64,000 nt of DNA, from positions 68,655 through 132,654 of the forward strand of contig JACPIH010000002.1 of assembly GCA_016188155.1 (NCBI GenBank), given 5' to 3'. Position 1 is the first letter of the stretch. Each line of letters starts with the position of its first letter. Of the stretch, positions 9,554 to 19,225 are shown piece after piece. The position numbers were made by a program, and so were the translations under genes. Source of the stretch: Candidatus Woesearchaeota archaeon (GTDB taxonomy: Archaea > Nanobdellota > Nanobdellia > Woesearchaeales > UBA10216). The notes under the pieces were generated by a model that saw only the letters and a list, made by a program, of their open reading frames with translations, ran no database searches and was not told where the DNA came from.

Positions 9554-10284
9554 GCCAGAAACAATTTATTATAAAACAGATGGCAAAGTTTGTTCAAAAT
9601 AGCTTACTTAGAGCATCCAATGCTAACGTCATAATCATTGTCGGGCACCCAAGGGTATCTAACTCTGAGCCGTTCAATATCACAGGAACAATCCGTAGTG
9701 GAGTAAAATCAATGCTGAAGCCTTATGCTGGAGTTGTTAAAAAGGCCACAGATTTTGTGAACAGCTACTCAGGAAAACCAGAAATTTTAGCGTATGGTAA
9801 TGGTATTCAGGGTGATGTGGCTGCAGTTAAACGCCTTATTAACGCTCGCAGTATTTTCTTGGATAAGGGCACTAACAGCAAATCGTATACCGTTTTTATT
9901 GATGACTACGACTCGTTAGGTATTTCCGTGATGGACTTAATGACGAGGAATGAGACTAAGCTGCATTTGAAGAATAATAATATCACGCTCGCGAATGACG
10001 TTAGGAAGATTCTTTTTGACAACAACTTCGAAGTGGCGGTAAAGCCTGTAAAAACTCTTAGCACAACTTCTTATGGTAATTCAACCATTTTGAGAGTTAA
10101 GAATGTCAACAGTGACTTTAGCAGAGGCTATAGGGATGTTGCCGGTATAAGTGATAAGCCTGTAGTTTTGTCAAGAGGTATTCACAGTAATCTCTTCAGC
10201 TGGCAGGATTTTGCAAGAGAATTGACCGGCGAGGGTTTTGACGCGTGGCTCATTGAAAGTGCAGCAGGGGCAGAGAATGACTAA
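9550..10284 (+). CDS. truncated orphan cassette homologous to the region upstream of the hydrolase core (possible pseudogene/donor cassette)
   Basis: ANVIIIVGHPRVSNSEPFNITGTI… aligns with 5860..6500 of the large gene (61-nt perfect tract); diverges and stops before the GHSNG segment. Confidence 0.45.
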   Translation: MSQKQFIIKQMAKFVQNSLLRASNANVIIIVGHPRVSNSEPFNITGTIRSGVKSMLKPYAGVVKKATDFVNSYSGKPEILAYGNGIQGDVAAVKRLINARSIFLDKGTNSKSYTVFIDDYDSLGISVMDLMTRNETKLHLKNNNITLANDVRKILFDNNFEVAVKPVKTLSTTSYGNSTILRVKNVNSDFSRGYRDVAGISDKPVVLSRGIHSNLFSWQDFARELTGEGFDAWLIESAAGAEND

Positions 10285-12601
10285 GGAACTTATAGAAAAA
10301 ATGTTCGTGTACCTGATTTGCCTGCTTGCAGGCTCATCTGCCGTGTTAGCTGCGAATATGACAGTTGACAAGCTTATCGATTCTTACGACTACGATTTCG
10401 ATACGGGCGTTATTAATGTAACCACATTTAGCGATTATATGATAGACCAGAACAGCAACGGGTTGAACGATACGCTTGTAATCAACTTGACTACTAATGC
10501 CTTGAACAGTTCGACGTACCTATTCATAGTGAGTCTGAATGAGAAAACAGGCTTACTGAAAAATTATACAAATGCTACTGTTAATTCCACTAGCCAGAGT
10601 GCACTAGTACTTTTTGACACCAAACTATTGAACCTTAACCAGTACAATTATTCGGTTGAAGTGCGAGGCCAAGATTACGGGCTGGTTTTCACAAAATACA
10701 AGGTCCAGACAAACAGTTATCAAAGTTATGAAAAAGGAGTTAACATAACTTTAATATCAGATGCTGCTGTTAACAATAACCTGCTCAGGATTACATTGAG
10801 CTTGAACGTCACAGAAAATAAGACCACGAGCATTACGGTTTATTTGAAGTACAATAATCAGAGCATTTCTTCCACAAAGGAAGTTACTTTAACAACGCCA
10901 TCGCAAATGGTCGATGTTGACTTTGATAATGAAACGATTAAATCAATTCACTATGTTGGCAATTACAGCATAGGAGAAGTAAAGATTGGAGAGAAATTAC
11001 TCGCTGTTAGTTATAATACGTCCTCTTACAACTATGCTGATTTTGCTAAGAGTTCTTACATCAAAAGCGTCGTAAGCGGAGCTTTTGACAATAACTCAAA
11101 CAACCTTTCAGATGCGTTGCAGGTGAATTTCACATTGAATGTTACAGAGGCGGGGGATTTCACTTTAGAGGCGCCTCTTTACACAGCCGAAGGAGAGTAT
11201 GTGACGGCAATTGCCAAGAACGTCACACTGAGCGCTGGCTTGCAGACTGTAATCACAGAAGTAGCTGGAAAGAACATATATTTGACTTACTACAATGGAG
11301 TTTTTGAGCTTTCATTTGCAAAATTGTCTTCAGGAAATAACACGAGGGATATACTTTATGATGCGCATGCGACTAATTCGACTTTTTATACTGACTTTGA
11401 AAGGCCGTCATTGCCTGACCTGAAAGTCAATATCTCAATAAATTTTTCCTCGGTTACTAACGTTACAAATATTACTGTAAACCTTAGCAATATTGGAAAT
11501 GCTCCAGCATTCAACATAATGATTAATGTTTTGGACAATGTTAGTTATGAAAATGAGTCATCGCTTTCTTACTTGAATTTAAGCGATTCTCAAGTTTTTT
11601 ACTTCACAGCCCAAAATACAACGAATGACTCGCTTTTTATAGCCATAGCTGATTTTGAAAATCTTGTTGATGAGAGTAATGAATCAAATAATTTCATTGA
11701 TACATCTCCACCACCGCCACTGCCCGTAGTTTCGCTCAAAATTGTCAGTTTATCTCAGCTTTACTCCTTAGCAACCCACAAAGTGTTCGAATTTGTTATT
11801 GAGAATAACGGCTCATCTGCAGTTAACAATGTTACTTGGAAGCTCAACCTCGGGGATGGCACCGTTATAAACAGCACCCGGAATACAAGTCTGGCCATAA
11901 ATGAAACAATACGTGTACATTTCGAATACAATTACAGTTCCGAAAGCGATTACACCGTTACAGCTAACGCTACCGCTATTGCTGAGGGCGTAACGGCCAC
12001 TAAGACACTGGTTATTAGTTCGGCTGGCACGCTTTCCCTCAGCAACTTAAAAGTGCTTTATTCTAATTTATCGGAAAGAGTGTTCGAGTTTACCATTAAC
12101 AACAGCGGCGATAACAACCTTAGCGCTAATTGGACACTCAACTTGGGAGACGGCAATGTCGTAAGTAGCACGCAAAATGCTAACCTTAACTCCAGCAAAT
12201 CCTTGCTAGTGTACGTTCAGCATGATTATTCCGCCCAAGGCGACTACTCGGTTACCGCTACTGCGCAGGGCGGCGGTCTTACGGCATCTTCCAGTATTCC
12301 TGCAGAAGTTGAGTATCTTGGAGTTAGCAACTTTTCCGTTATTAACAGCAGCGGCTCTTTGAGAACATTTGAGGCTTACGTCAAGAACTACATGGCAGTC
12401 GCAATGTCTAACGTAAGCTGGAGCCTCAATACAGGCAATGGCATTGTGAGCAGCACATCGCCAATTACCCTACAGCCTCAGGAAACCGCTTTTGTTTTTG
12501 CAAAATACAACTATACAGCAACTGGCACTTTTGCTGCCAATTTCACAGCTGTCAACAGCTCATGGAATGATTTGGAAGCATTGAACGTCACAATCACGTA
12601 A
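10277..12601 (+). CDS. secreted CARDB-repeat surface protein, heavily N-glycosylation-sequon-rich
   Basis: Signal peptide MTKELIEKMFVYLICLLAGSSAVLA; FENLVDESNESNNF CARDB signature; about 4 internal roughly 90-aa repeats (…NLGDGTVINST…DYTVTA…); dozens of N-X-S/T. Confidence 0.55.
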   Translation: MTKELIEKMFVYLICLLAGSSAVLAANMTVDKLIDSYDYDFDTGVINVTTFSDYMIDQNSNGLNDTLVINLTTNALNSSTYLFIVSLNEKTGLLKNYTNATVNSTSQSALVLFDTKLLNLNQYNYSVEVRGQDYGLVFTKYKVQTNSYQSYEKGVNITLISDAAVNNNLLRITLSLNVTENKTTSITVYLKYNNQSISSTKEVTLTTPSQMVDVDFDNETIKSIHYVGNYSIGEVKIGEKLLAVSYNTSSYNYADFAKSSYIKSVVSGAFDNNSNNLSDALQVNFTLNVTEAGDFTLEAPLYTAEGEYVTAIAKNVTLSAGLQTVITEVAGKNIYLTYYNGVFELSFAKLSSGNNTRDILYDAHATNSTFYTDFERPSLPDLKVNISINFSSVTNVTNITVNLSNIGNAPAFNIMINVLDNVSYENESSLSYLNLSDSQVFYFTAQNTTNDSLFIAIADFENLVDESNESNNFIDTSPPPPLPVVSLKIVSLSQLYSLATHKVFEFVIENNGSSAVNNVTWKLNLGDGTVINSTRNTSLAINETIRVHFEYNYSSESDYTVTANATAIAEGVTATKTLVISSAGTLSLSNLKVLYSNLSERVFEFTINNSGDNNLSANWTLNLGDGNVVSSTQNANLNSSKSLLVYVQHDYSAQGDYSVTATAQGGGLTASSSIPAEVEYLGVSNFSVINSSGSLRTFEAYVKNYMAVAMSNVSWSLNTGNGIVSSTSPITLQPQETAFVFAKYNYTATGTFAANFTAVNSSWNDLEALNVTIT

Positions 12602-12638
12602 AAAGCTTTAAAACTGAACGATTGAGAGGTGGTTTGGA

Positions 12639-14705
12639 ATGAGAAAAATCAGGGAAGCGGCAAAAGCTGGTTTGAGAAGTAACTTAGGCACAAGAGCCCT
12701 TCTGATATTTACTGTATTGGTTATTTCACTATTGCTGCTGCAGGTTGGTAGCGTGAGCTCTGCAGAACCCCAGACAGGGGCTGCTCGCGGAGGAGTTAGC
12801 GTTTGGCACGAAGTCTCAGGGGTGGGGCTCCTCAACATAACTCCGGAAGTAGCTAAGGTTGGCGAAACCGTACTGTACAACTACACTGCTTACGCCCCTT
12901 TTAATCTCGGCTTAAACCTAACGATAAAGTTTGAAAACGACGAAGGATACTTGGATTACGTAGAAGTTTTCAAGAACGTCCAGAAGACAGCCACGCTGGC
13001 TAACGTTTCAACCGAGCAGCTTTTCAACCCCTCAAACGCTTCCTTCTACAACGTAACAACAGTAAACACCAGCATACTAACAACCTTCGTAAAAGAATGG
13101 GTCGCAACGCCAACAGTCAAATACGGCATAGGCAGCGATTATTACTACACTGCAAAATTCGTTACCGGAGAGCAAGTAAGGTACAAACCGAAAGCTAAGG
13201 TTTACGGAGGCATAATCAAGTACGACGCAATCCTTCACCCTTCCAACCTTAACGCAACTCAGCCAATAAGAATAGAAATAGACCCAGTACTTAACGCCAC
13301 GGCAGCCAACATAACAAGCAACTCAGACCTGAACCTGTCAGCATCAACGGCAAGGTTCGTCCCGCCAACAAACAACCTCATACTGGGGGCGGGCAATGGC
13401 AGCAACTTGACAGAATTTGACACTTTTTCCGACAGCAACTTTAACGGCTGGACAACTTTTAATAGAAGCGCTTCGGGAAATGGGTGCGGCTCAACAACAA
13501 GAGTCGGCGTGAACAAAGGAAGCTTAAACATAACAAGCGAACAAGTAGGAACTTCTAACTGTTTCGCAACAGCTTGGATACTCACCAACCACAGCATCAA
13601 TAAGCTCGGCGGAGTTGTGGTAACTGCAAAAATCAACACAAGCAACGTGCCTTCTACAGGTCAAGTGATGATGTGCTACGCTAACCAGTATGATAAGCTT
13701 GCCAACAGCACAAGTGGCAACCCTCCTTCTTGTTACGGCAGCGCAAACTCCGGATACGACGGATTAGTAGCGTATTTTGATGGAGACTCAACATACCATT
13801 TGGCTTCAATAGTGGACGCTGGTGTTGTTTCGGTAAGCGCATCTTACGGGACAAGCAGCAGGAACAGTGTTGAAACGTGGAGGGTGTATGTTGACTGCAT
13901 TACCCCTCAAGCGCAGCTTACGATTAACGAAGTTTCTGGCGAAGGCACAGCAATAGAAGGAGCAGTTTACACCCCAAACGCAGCTGCAGACCTTTGCTCC
14001 GGAGGAGCTTTCGGAATCCAAGCGGCAGACAACGGTGCTGGCGTAAACACGATATACGTGGATAATTACAGCATCGCTAACGCTTCCGTTTTCGGAAGCC
14101 CATTCAACCTTACGCCTGCAAGATTCCAAACCAACGTCCTGAACAGCACAATAACTACGACTTCTGTGAAGATAACCAACATCACAGCATCTTATGCTAA
14201 CACGGCAGCAAATTTTTACGTTTTTGATGCTAATCACGCTAATTTGCAAAGCGTCACGGAAGGCAGCTTCAACACCATAAACAGCATCACAGGCATCGGC
14301 ATTAACGCAACATTCGTACCAGCAGACATCAATACCGTAACAGAACTCACAAGCATACTTTTGGAGTGGTCAACGGCAGGAGGAGGCGGTCCTTCAAACG
14401 CGAACGAAGCAGAAGGCGACACAGCCATTGAGTTGGGCATCAACAGCTCACTCGCATCAGCTACAAAGTACAGCGAACAACAAGTATACGTCAGAAACCT
14501 AAGCAACAACCAAACCCTTGGCACGTTCGACCGGGTAGCAAGCTTCGGCAGCCAGAGGTGGCTGCTTAACTACGTCACAAGTGGAGAGAGCTACGTCAAC
14601 GCGCCGAATTTGACTACTGCGGTTTACGTGCTGGAAATCACGAATAAGACCTCTGCACAGATAACTGACGAAGTGAGCAGGCACATCAATGCTACGAAAA
14701 GCTGA
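12639..14705 (+). CDS. secreted surface (S-layer-like) glycoprotein candidate
   Basis: Signal peptide/TM (ALLIFTVLVISLLLLQVGSVSSA); 688 aa, Asn/Thr/Ser-rich with very many N-X-S/T sequons. Confidence 0.5.
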   Translation: MRKIREAAKAGLRSNLGTRALLIFTVLVISLLLLQVGSVSSAEPQTGAARGGVSVWHEVSGVGLLNITPEVAKVGETVLYNYTAYAPFNLGLNLTIKFENDEGYLDYVEVFKNVQKTATLANVSTEQLFNPSNASFYNVTTVNTSILTTFVKEWVATPTVKYGIGSDYYYTAKFVTGEQVRYKPKAKVYGGIIKYDAILHPSNLNATQPIRIEIDPVLNATAANITSNSDLNLSASTARFVPPTNNLILGAGNGSNLTEFDTFSDSNFNGWTTFNRSASGNGCGSTTRVGVNKGSLNITSEQVGTSNCFATAWILTNHSINKLGGVVVTAKINTSNVPSTGQVMMCYANQYDKLANSTSGNPPSCYGSANSGYDGLVAYFDGDSTYHLASIVDAGVVSVSASYGTSSRNSVETWRVYVDCITPQAQLTINEVSGEGTAIEGAVYTPNAAADLCSGGAFGIQAADNGAGVNTIYVDNYSIANASVFGSPFNLTPARFQTNVLNSTITTTSVKITNITASYANTAANFYVFDANHANLQSVTEGSFNTINSITGIGINATFVPADINTVTELTSILLEWSTAGGGGPSNANEAEGDTAIELGINSSLASATKYSEQQVYVRNLSNNQTLGTFDRVASFGSQRWLLNYVTSGESYVNAPNLTTAVYVLEITNKTSAQITDEVSRHINATKS

Positions 14706-14735
14706 AGGTTAAAAGCTAAAAGTTGAGACGGAAAA

Positions 14736-16205
14736 ATGACAACAACCAGAAACGCCGCATATGTCTTGTCAGCACAGGTTGTGCTGCTTTTATCAGGCAC
14801 AATAATAAGCCTGGGCCTTGGCAGGCTGCTCGGGCCCGAGCTTTACGGCAGATATGGCGTAGTATTCGCGATAGCCACAGTCATGAATATCCTGCTCGTG
14901 CCAGGAATGATGCAGGCAGTTTCTAAGTTCGTTGCCGAAAGAAAAGACAAGCCGGAAGCCGGGGCTGTTGCAAGGGCAGTTCTCAAAAAACAGCTTTTGA
15001 CAGGAGCAATCATCGCAGCTGCATACTTCTTCCTCGCGATACCATTGTCAGAAGCTTTGAGGGACAAGTCGCTGCTGCACCTTTTCCAAATAATAACGCC
15101 AATGGCAATCATATACGGCGTATCAGCCGTGTACGGAGGCTACCTCACGGGAACAGGCAGGTTCCTGGAGCAGTCAAAGCAGCTGATTCTCTACTCAACC
15201 AGCAGGCTTGTGCTGACATTCCTCCTTGCATACCTATTCTCACTGGCAGGAGCAATAATTGCGCTGCCGGTCTCAGCCATGATAGCCTTGGCCTACAATG
15301 CAAGAGTTGCAAGGCTCGGGCTAAAAAGTGAGGCACAACCAGCTGCAAGAACAGCTCAGGCAGCAGCTACAGCGGAAGTGTACAAGTTCGCACTGCCGCT
15401 GACGCTATTTTCGGTGCTAATCACGCTTTTTATGAACACAGACCTGCTGCTTGTCCAGGCGCTTCTCAACAATCCACAGGCAACAGGCTACTATACCGCC
15501 GCAAGCGCCACAGCAAGGATACCTTACTTCGTATTGACAGCACTAGCTGCACTGGTGCTTCCTGCAGTCGCTGGAAAGCTGATGGTTTCTGCCAAGGAAG
15601 CGCAGGGGTTTGTCAAGGAAACACTGAGGTACGTGCTCATCCTCCTGCTGCCGGCAACAGCTGTGTTTGCCGCAACAGCCAAGCCTTTGATGATGCTGCT
15701 CTACCGGTCAGAATACGCCCAGGCAGCAGAGCCGGCAGCCATACTGGCAATCGGGACAGCAGCGCTGACATTGGCTTATCTGCTTGCGACAGTGATAAAC
15801 GCTTCAGGAAAAACACGCGCAACAGTCGCTGTGGCGGCAGCTATGCTCATCATAAGCGTATTGGCAAATTTGGCAGTAATACCGAAGTACGGGCTTAAAG
15901 GCGCAGCCCTAGTCGTAATGTCAACATCATTAGTTGCGGTGGCTGTTTTAGCAGCTGTTGCTTACAAAAAAATAGGCAGCTTTGTCAGCTACAGGAGCCT
16001 AATCAAAATCTTGGCCTCAACTGCAGTGATTTTTGCAGTGGCAAATACTGTGCAGCTCCAAAACAAGTTCCTCCTGCCTGCAGAATACATATTCCTGGGA
16101 ATTGCTTACCTGATTCTGCTCGTACTGTTCAGGGAAATAAAAAAAGAGGACATCAAGAAAATAAAATCGCTGATACCGCTGGGAATTAAAGTGAATCAAG
16201 CTTAG
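14736..16205 (+). CDS. polysaccharide biosynthesis protein / oligosaccharide flippase (Wzx-like, MOP superfamily)
   Basis: 489 aa, about 12-14 TM helices, Wzx-like hydrophobicity pattern; located in glycan cluster. Confidence 0.65.
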   Translation: MTTTRNAAYVLSAQVVLLLSGTIISLGLGRLLGPELYGRYGVVFAIATVMNILLVPGMMQAVSKFVAERKDKPEAGAVARAVLKKQLLTGAIIAAAYFFLAIPLSEALRDKSLLHLFQIITPMAIIYGVSAVYGGYLTGTGRFLEQSKQLILYSTSRLVLTFLLAYLFSLAGAIIALPVSAMIALAYNARVARLGLKSEAQPAARTAQAAATAEVYKFALPLTLFSVLITLFMNTDLLLVQALLNNPQATGYYTAASATARIPYFVLTALAALVLPAVAGKLMVSAKEAQGFVKETLRYVLILLLPATAVFAATAKPLMMLLYRSEYAQAAEPAAILAIGTAALTLAYLLATVINASGKTRATVAVAAAMLIISVLANLAVIPKYGLKGAALVVMSTSLVAVAVLAAVAYKKIGSFVSYRSLIKILASTAVIFAVANTVQLQNKFLLPAEYIFLGIAYLILLVLFREIKKEDIKKIKSLIPLGIKVNQA

Positions 16206-16232
16206 CCATTTGCTATTATTTGTTATTATTTG

Positions 16233-16964
16233 CTATTTCTTGTTTTTTAGGCTGTTTTCCCTAACTATGGCGTTGGCCTCAAACCATGACTCCAGCGTTC
16301 CAGCGTCAGTCCAGTAGCCCTTAAGCATGCTCCAAGAAAGCCTGCCAGAGCTCAAGTAATGGGTAACCACGTCAACAATCTCCACCTCGCCACGCTTAGA
16401 TGGCTTCAACGCAGGAATCACGCCGAAAACAGTGCTGTCAAACATGTAAACGCCTGTCACGCAAAGGCTGCTTGGCGGATTAGCCGGCTTTTCGTGAATA
16501 GCAACAATTTTATCCCCTTTTAACTCAACAACGCCGTAGCGCTGCGGGTCATGGACTTCCTTAAGGAACAAGTGCGCACCGTGGCTGCTATCCTTTTCAA
16601 ACTTCACAGCATCCTCTTTCAGACTTTCCTCCATAACATTGTCACCAAGAACAACCATAACCTTGCTACCGTCAGCGAACTCCCGGGCAAGGGCAAGGGC
16701 TACTGGAATGCCCTCAGCGCCCTCTTGGCAACGATAAGTCAAATTAACGCCAAAATCCTCGCCGCTGCCAAGCAGCCTAAGAAAATCGCCAATGCTCTCG
16801 CCGCCAACAATAATAAGGATGTCCTTAATCCCAGCCGCTGCCAAGGTCCTGATAGGGTAGTAAATCATGGGCTCGTTGTAAATGGGAAGAAGGTGCTTGT
16901 TAGTGACCTTTGTCAAAGGCAGCATCCTTGTCCCCTTACCCCCAGCAAGAATCACGCCTTTCAT
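16233..16964 (-). CDS. rmlA: glucose-1-phosphate thymidylyltransferase-like sugar nucleotidyltransferase
   Basis: MKGVILAGGKGTRMLPLT signature; start ATG 16964 overlaps rmlB stop (ATGA). Confidence 0.7.
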   Translation of the reverse strand: MKGVILAGGKGTRMLPLTKVTNKHLLPIYNEPMIYYPIRTLAAAGIKDILIIVGGESIGDFLRLLGSGEDFGVNLTYRCQEGAEGIPVALALAREFADGSKVMVVLGDNVMEESLKEDAVKFEKDSSHGAHLFLKEVHDPQRYGVVELKGDKIVAIHEKPANPPSSLCVTGVYMFDSTVFGVIPALKPSKRGEVEIVDVVTHYLSSGRLSWSMLKGYWTDAGTLESWFEANAIVRENSLKNKK

Positions 16965-17929
16965 TTCTTTAACGGCCTCCACCACCACTCATTATCCTTA
17001 TACCATTCAACAGTTGCCTTAAGCGCATCCTCAAACCCGTGGCTGGGCTTCCAGCCAAGCTTTTTAATCTTTGCGCTCCCGATGGCATACCTGCGGTCAT
17101 GCCCTGGCCTGTCAGCAACGTGGGTTATGAGCGACTTCGGCTTCCTAAGCAGCGCAAGAACAGCATTAGTGACTTCAAGATTAGCCTTTTCATTGCCACC
17201 GCCAATATTGTAAATTTCACCAGGCTTCCCCTTCTCCATAACCAAAGCAATTGCCTCGCAGTTATCCTCAACAAAAAGCCAGTCGCGCCTGTAAAGCCCG
17301 TCACCGTAAACCGGCAGGGGCTTGTCCTCCAGCGCGTTGGTGATGAAAAGCGGGATGAGCTTTTCAGGATACTGGTAAGGCCCAAAATTGTTCGAGCTTC
17401 TGGCAACAGAAACAGGAAACCTGTGCGTCTTGAAATACGAAAGGGCAAGCAGGTCGGCTGCCGCTTTCGTTGCAGAATACGGGCTGCTGGGATTAAGCAT
17501 GGCGTCTTCCGTAAAATGGCCAGACCCGCGGCTGCCGTAAGCCTCATCAGTGCTTACTTGCACAAATTTCCTGATGCCAAGCTTTCTCGCAACTTCAATC
17601 ATCACATAAGTGCCTGTAAAATTTGTGCGGATAAAAGGCTGGGCGTCGGTGATGGACCTGTCAACATGGCTTTCTGCAGCGAAGTTAACAGCAGCATCGC
17701 AGCCGCTCATTGCTTTCTCAACAGCAAAAGCATCGCAAATATCGCCCTTTACGAATTTATAACGATTTTTGAAGCGGCTGCTGCCGGAAACGTCCCTAAG
17801 GCTGTTAAGGTTGCCGGCATAAGTCAGCTTATCAAAATTCACAACCTCAAAATCGCTGCCGCTTTCAAGCAGGCATCTGACAAAGTTGCTGCCTATGAAG
17901 CCCGCTCCCCCAGTGACCAAAACCCTCAT
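16961..17929 (-). CDS. rmlB: dTDP-glucose 4,6-dehydratase
   Basis: [17 protein letters not shown]…; YxxxK; length 322 aa typical RmlB. Confidence 0.8.
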   Translation of the reverse strand: MRVLVTGGAGFIGSNFVRCLLESGSDFEVVNFDKLTYAGNLNSLRDVSGSSRFKNRYKFVKGDICDAFAVEKAMSGCDAAVNFAAESHVDRSITDAQPFIRTNFTGTYVMIEVARKLGIRKFVQVSTDEAYGSRGSGHFTEDAMLNPSSPYSATKAAADLLALSYFKTHRFPVSVARSSNNFGPYQYPEKLIPLFITNALEDKPLPVYGDGLYRRDWLFVEDNCEAIALVMEKGKPGEIYNIGGGNEKANLEVTNAVLALLRKPKSLITHVADRPGHDRRYAIGSAKIKKLGWKPSHGFEDALKATVEWYKDNEWWWRPLKK

Positions 17930-17956
17930 AACAGCCAGGCATGTTAGGAAGACTTA

Positions 17957-19225
17957 TTAAAAGGTTTTGCTCTCCGAGGCAACAGTTGCAAAAAGCGCAT
18001 AAAACCTGTTCGCCAAGGCGTCCCAAGAAAAGCTCCTGGCAACATGGCTTTTTGCGGCTGCAGACAATTTTTTTCTCATTTGCGGATTTTTTAACAGCAG
18101 GGCAATCGCTGTTGCCAGCCGCTGGCGGTTTTTCTGCTCAACTAGCAAGCCTGTCTTGCCGTTAATGACTATGTCAGGTATCCCCCCGATATTGCTCGCA
18201 ACAACAGGGGTGCCTGCTGCAATTGCTTCAAGGAGCACTACGCCAAGCCCTTCAGTGTCGCCTTTCCTGTCAACGATGGAAGGCAAAACAAAAACGTCAG
18301 CAGCCCTGTAAAACGACGGCAGCGCATTGTTCGGAACGCTGCCTGCGAAAACAACATTTTCAGACAGCCCGAGCTGCTGCGATTGCCGAACCAACGCCGG
18401 TTTTTCAGGACCATCCCCAACAATAACGAGCTTGCAGCCCGGATTTTTTTTGATAATTTCAGCCATCGCCGCAATTAGATGGGTGACACCCTTCTTTTCA
18501 GCCAGTCTGCCAACAAAAAGAATCATTTTACCATCTCTTCCGCCGATGCCACATCTTTTCCTTACCGCCTCGGCCGCAGCAGGTGAAGACGAAGAAAATA
18601 GTTTCAAGTCAACGCCCATTGGAATTATGCTGATGTCCTTTCTGCCGGATATTTTCTCAACGGCAGCCCTAGTATAGATGCTATTGACGGTAACAGCAGC
18701 TGCTGACCTGACCGAAAACCTTGACAGGATTCGGAAAAAAGGTTTGTTAAGTGGAAAAACGTCACCGGCATGCGCCGTAACAACAACAGGAATCTTCAGC
18801 AGTTTGCCGATTACTGCCGCAACAAGACCCTGCGGAAGAATCCAGTGGGCATGAATAATGTCCGGGTGTTCCTTCTTTGCGGCTTTCCAGAGCGAAAAAA
18901 ACTCGGCAGCAACGAGAAAAGGCAGCTGCAGCCTTGCAAGAAAGCTTTTTTTCATATTCGGCAGGATTCCACCATCGTAGCAAAGCCTCTCAAGGCTGCT
19001 TGGCAGGAAGTAGCGGAAACGGTAAACACTCATTCCGCCAACTGTTTCATATGTTTTTGAGCCGGGATGATGCGGCATTAGGACTGAAACTTCAATGCCT
19101 TTGCTGCAAAGCCTTTTGGAAAGGTCATAAACAAAAACAGGAATGTTGTCGTTGGCCCACCTGGGAAAGGCGCTGCTGCCGGCAACGAGCACTTTCAGCC
19201 TGCTTCTCATTCTACCCTCCTCCAA
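17957..19225 (-). CDS. glycosyltransferase family 4 (GT1/GT4 fold)
   Basis: EGLGVVLLEAIAAGTPVVASNIGGIPDIV (E-x7-E region) typical of GT4. Confidence 0.75.
   Translation of the reverse strand: MEEGRMRSRLKVLVAGSSAFPRWANDNIPVFVYDLSKRLCSKGIEVSVLMPHHPGSKTYETVGGMSVYRFRYFLPSSLERLCYDGGILPNMKKSFLARLQLPFLVAAEFFSLWKAAKKEHPDIIHAHWILPQGLVAAVIGKLLKIPVVVTAHAGDVFPLNKPFFRILSRFSVRSAAAVTVNSIYTRAAVEKISGRKDISIIPMGVDLKLFSSSSPAAAEAVRKRCGIGGRDGKMILFVGRLAEKKGVTHLIAAMAEIIKKNPGCKLVIVGDGPEKPALVRQSQQLGLSENVVFAGSVPNNALPSFYRAADVFVLPSIVDRKGDTEGLGVVLLEAIAAGTPVVASNIGGIPDIVINGKTGLLVEQKNRQRLATAIALLLKNPQMRKKLSAAAKSHVARSFSWDALANRFYALFATVASESKTF

Noticed and set aside
12608-14684. Several 60 to 150-aa minus-strand ORFs inside the 688-aa secreted-protein gene
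   Set aside because: Antisense frames of a long, compositionally biased gene. None has start context or motifs.
16551-17947. Plus-strand ORFs (16551..17213, 17039..17947) and minus ORF 17125..17547 overlapping rmlA/rmlB
   Set aside because: rmlA and rmlB on the minus strand have strong family signatures. The overlapping frames are Arg/Pro-rich, GC-frame artefacts.
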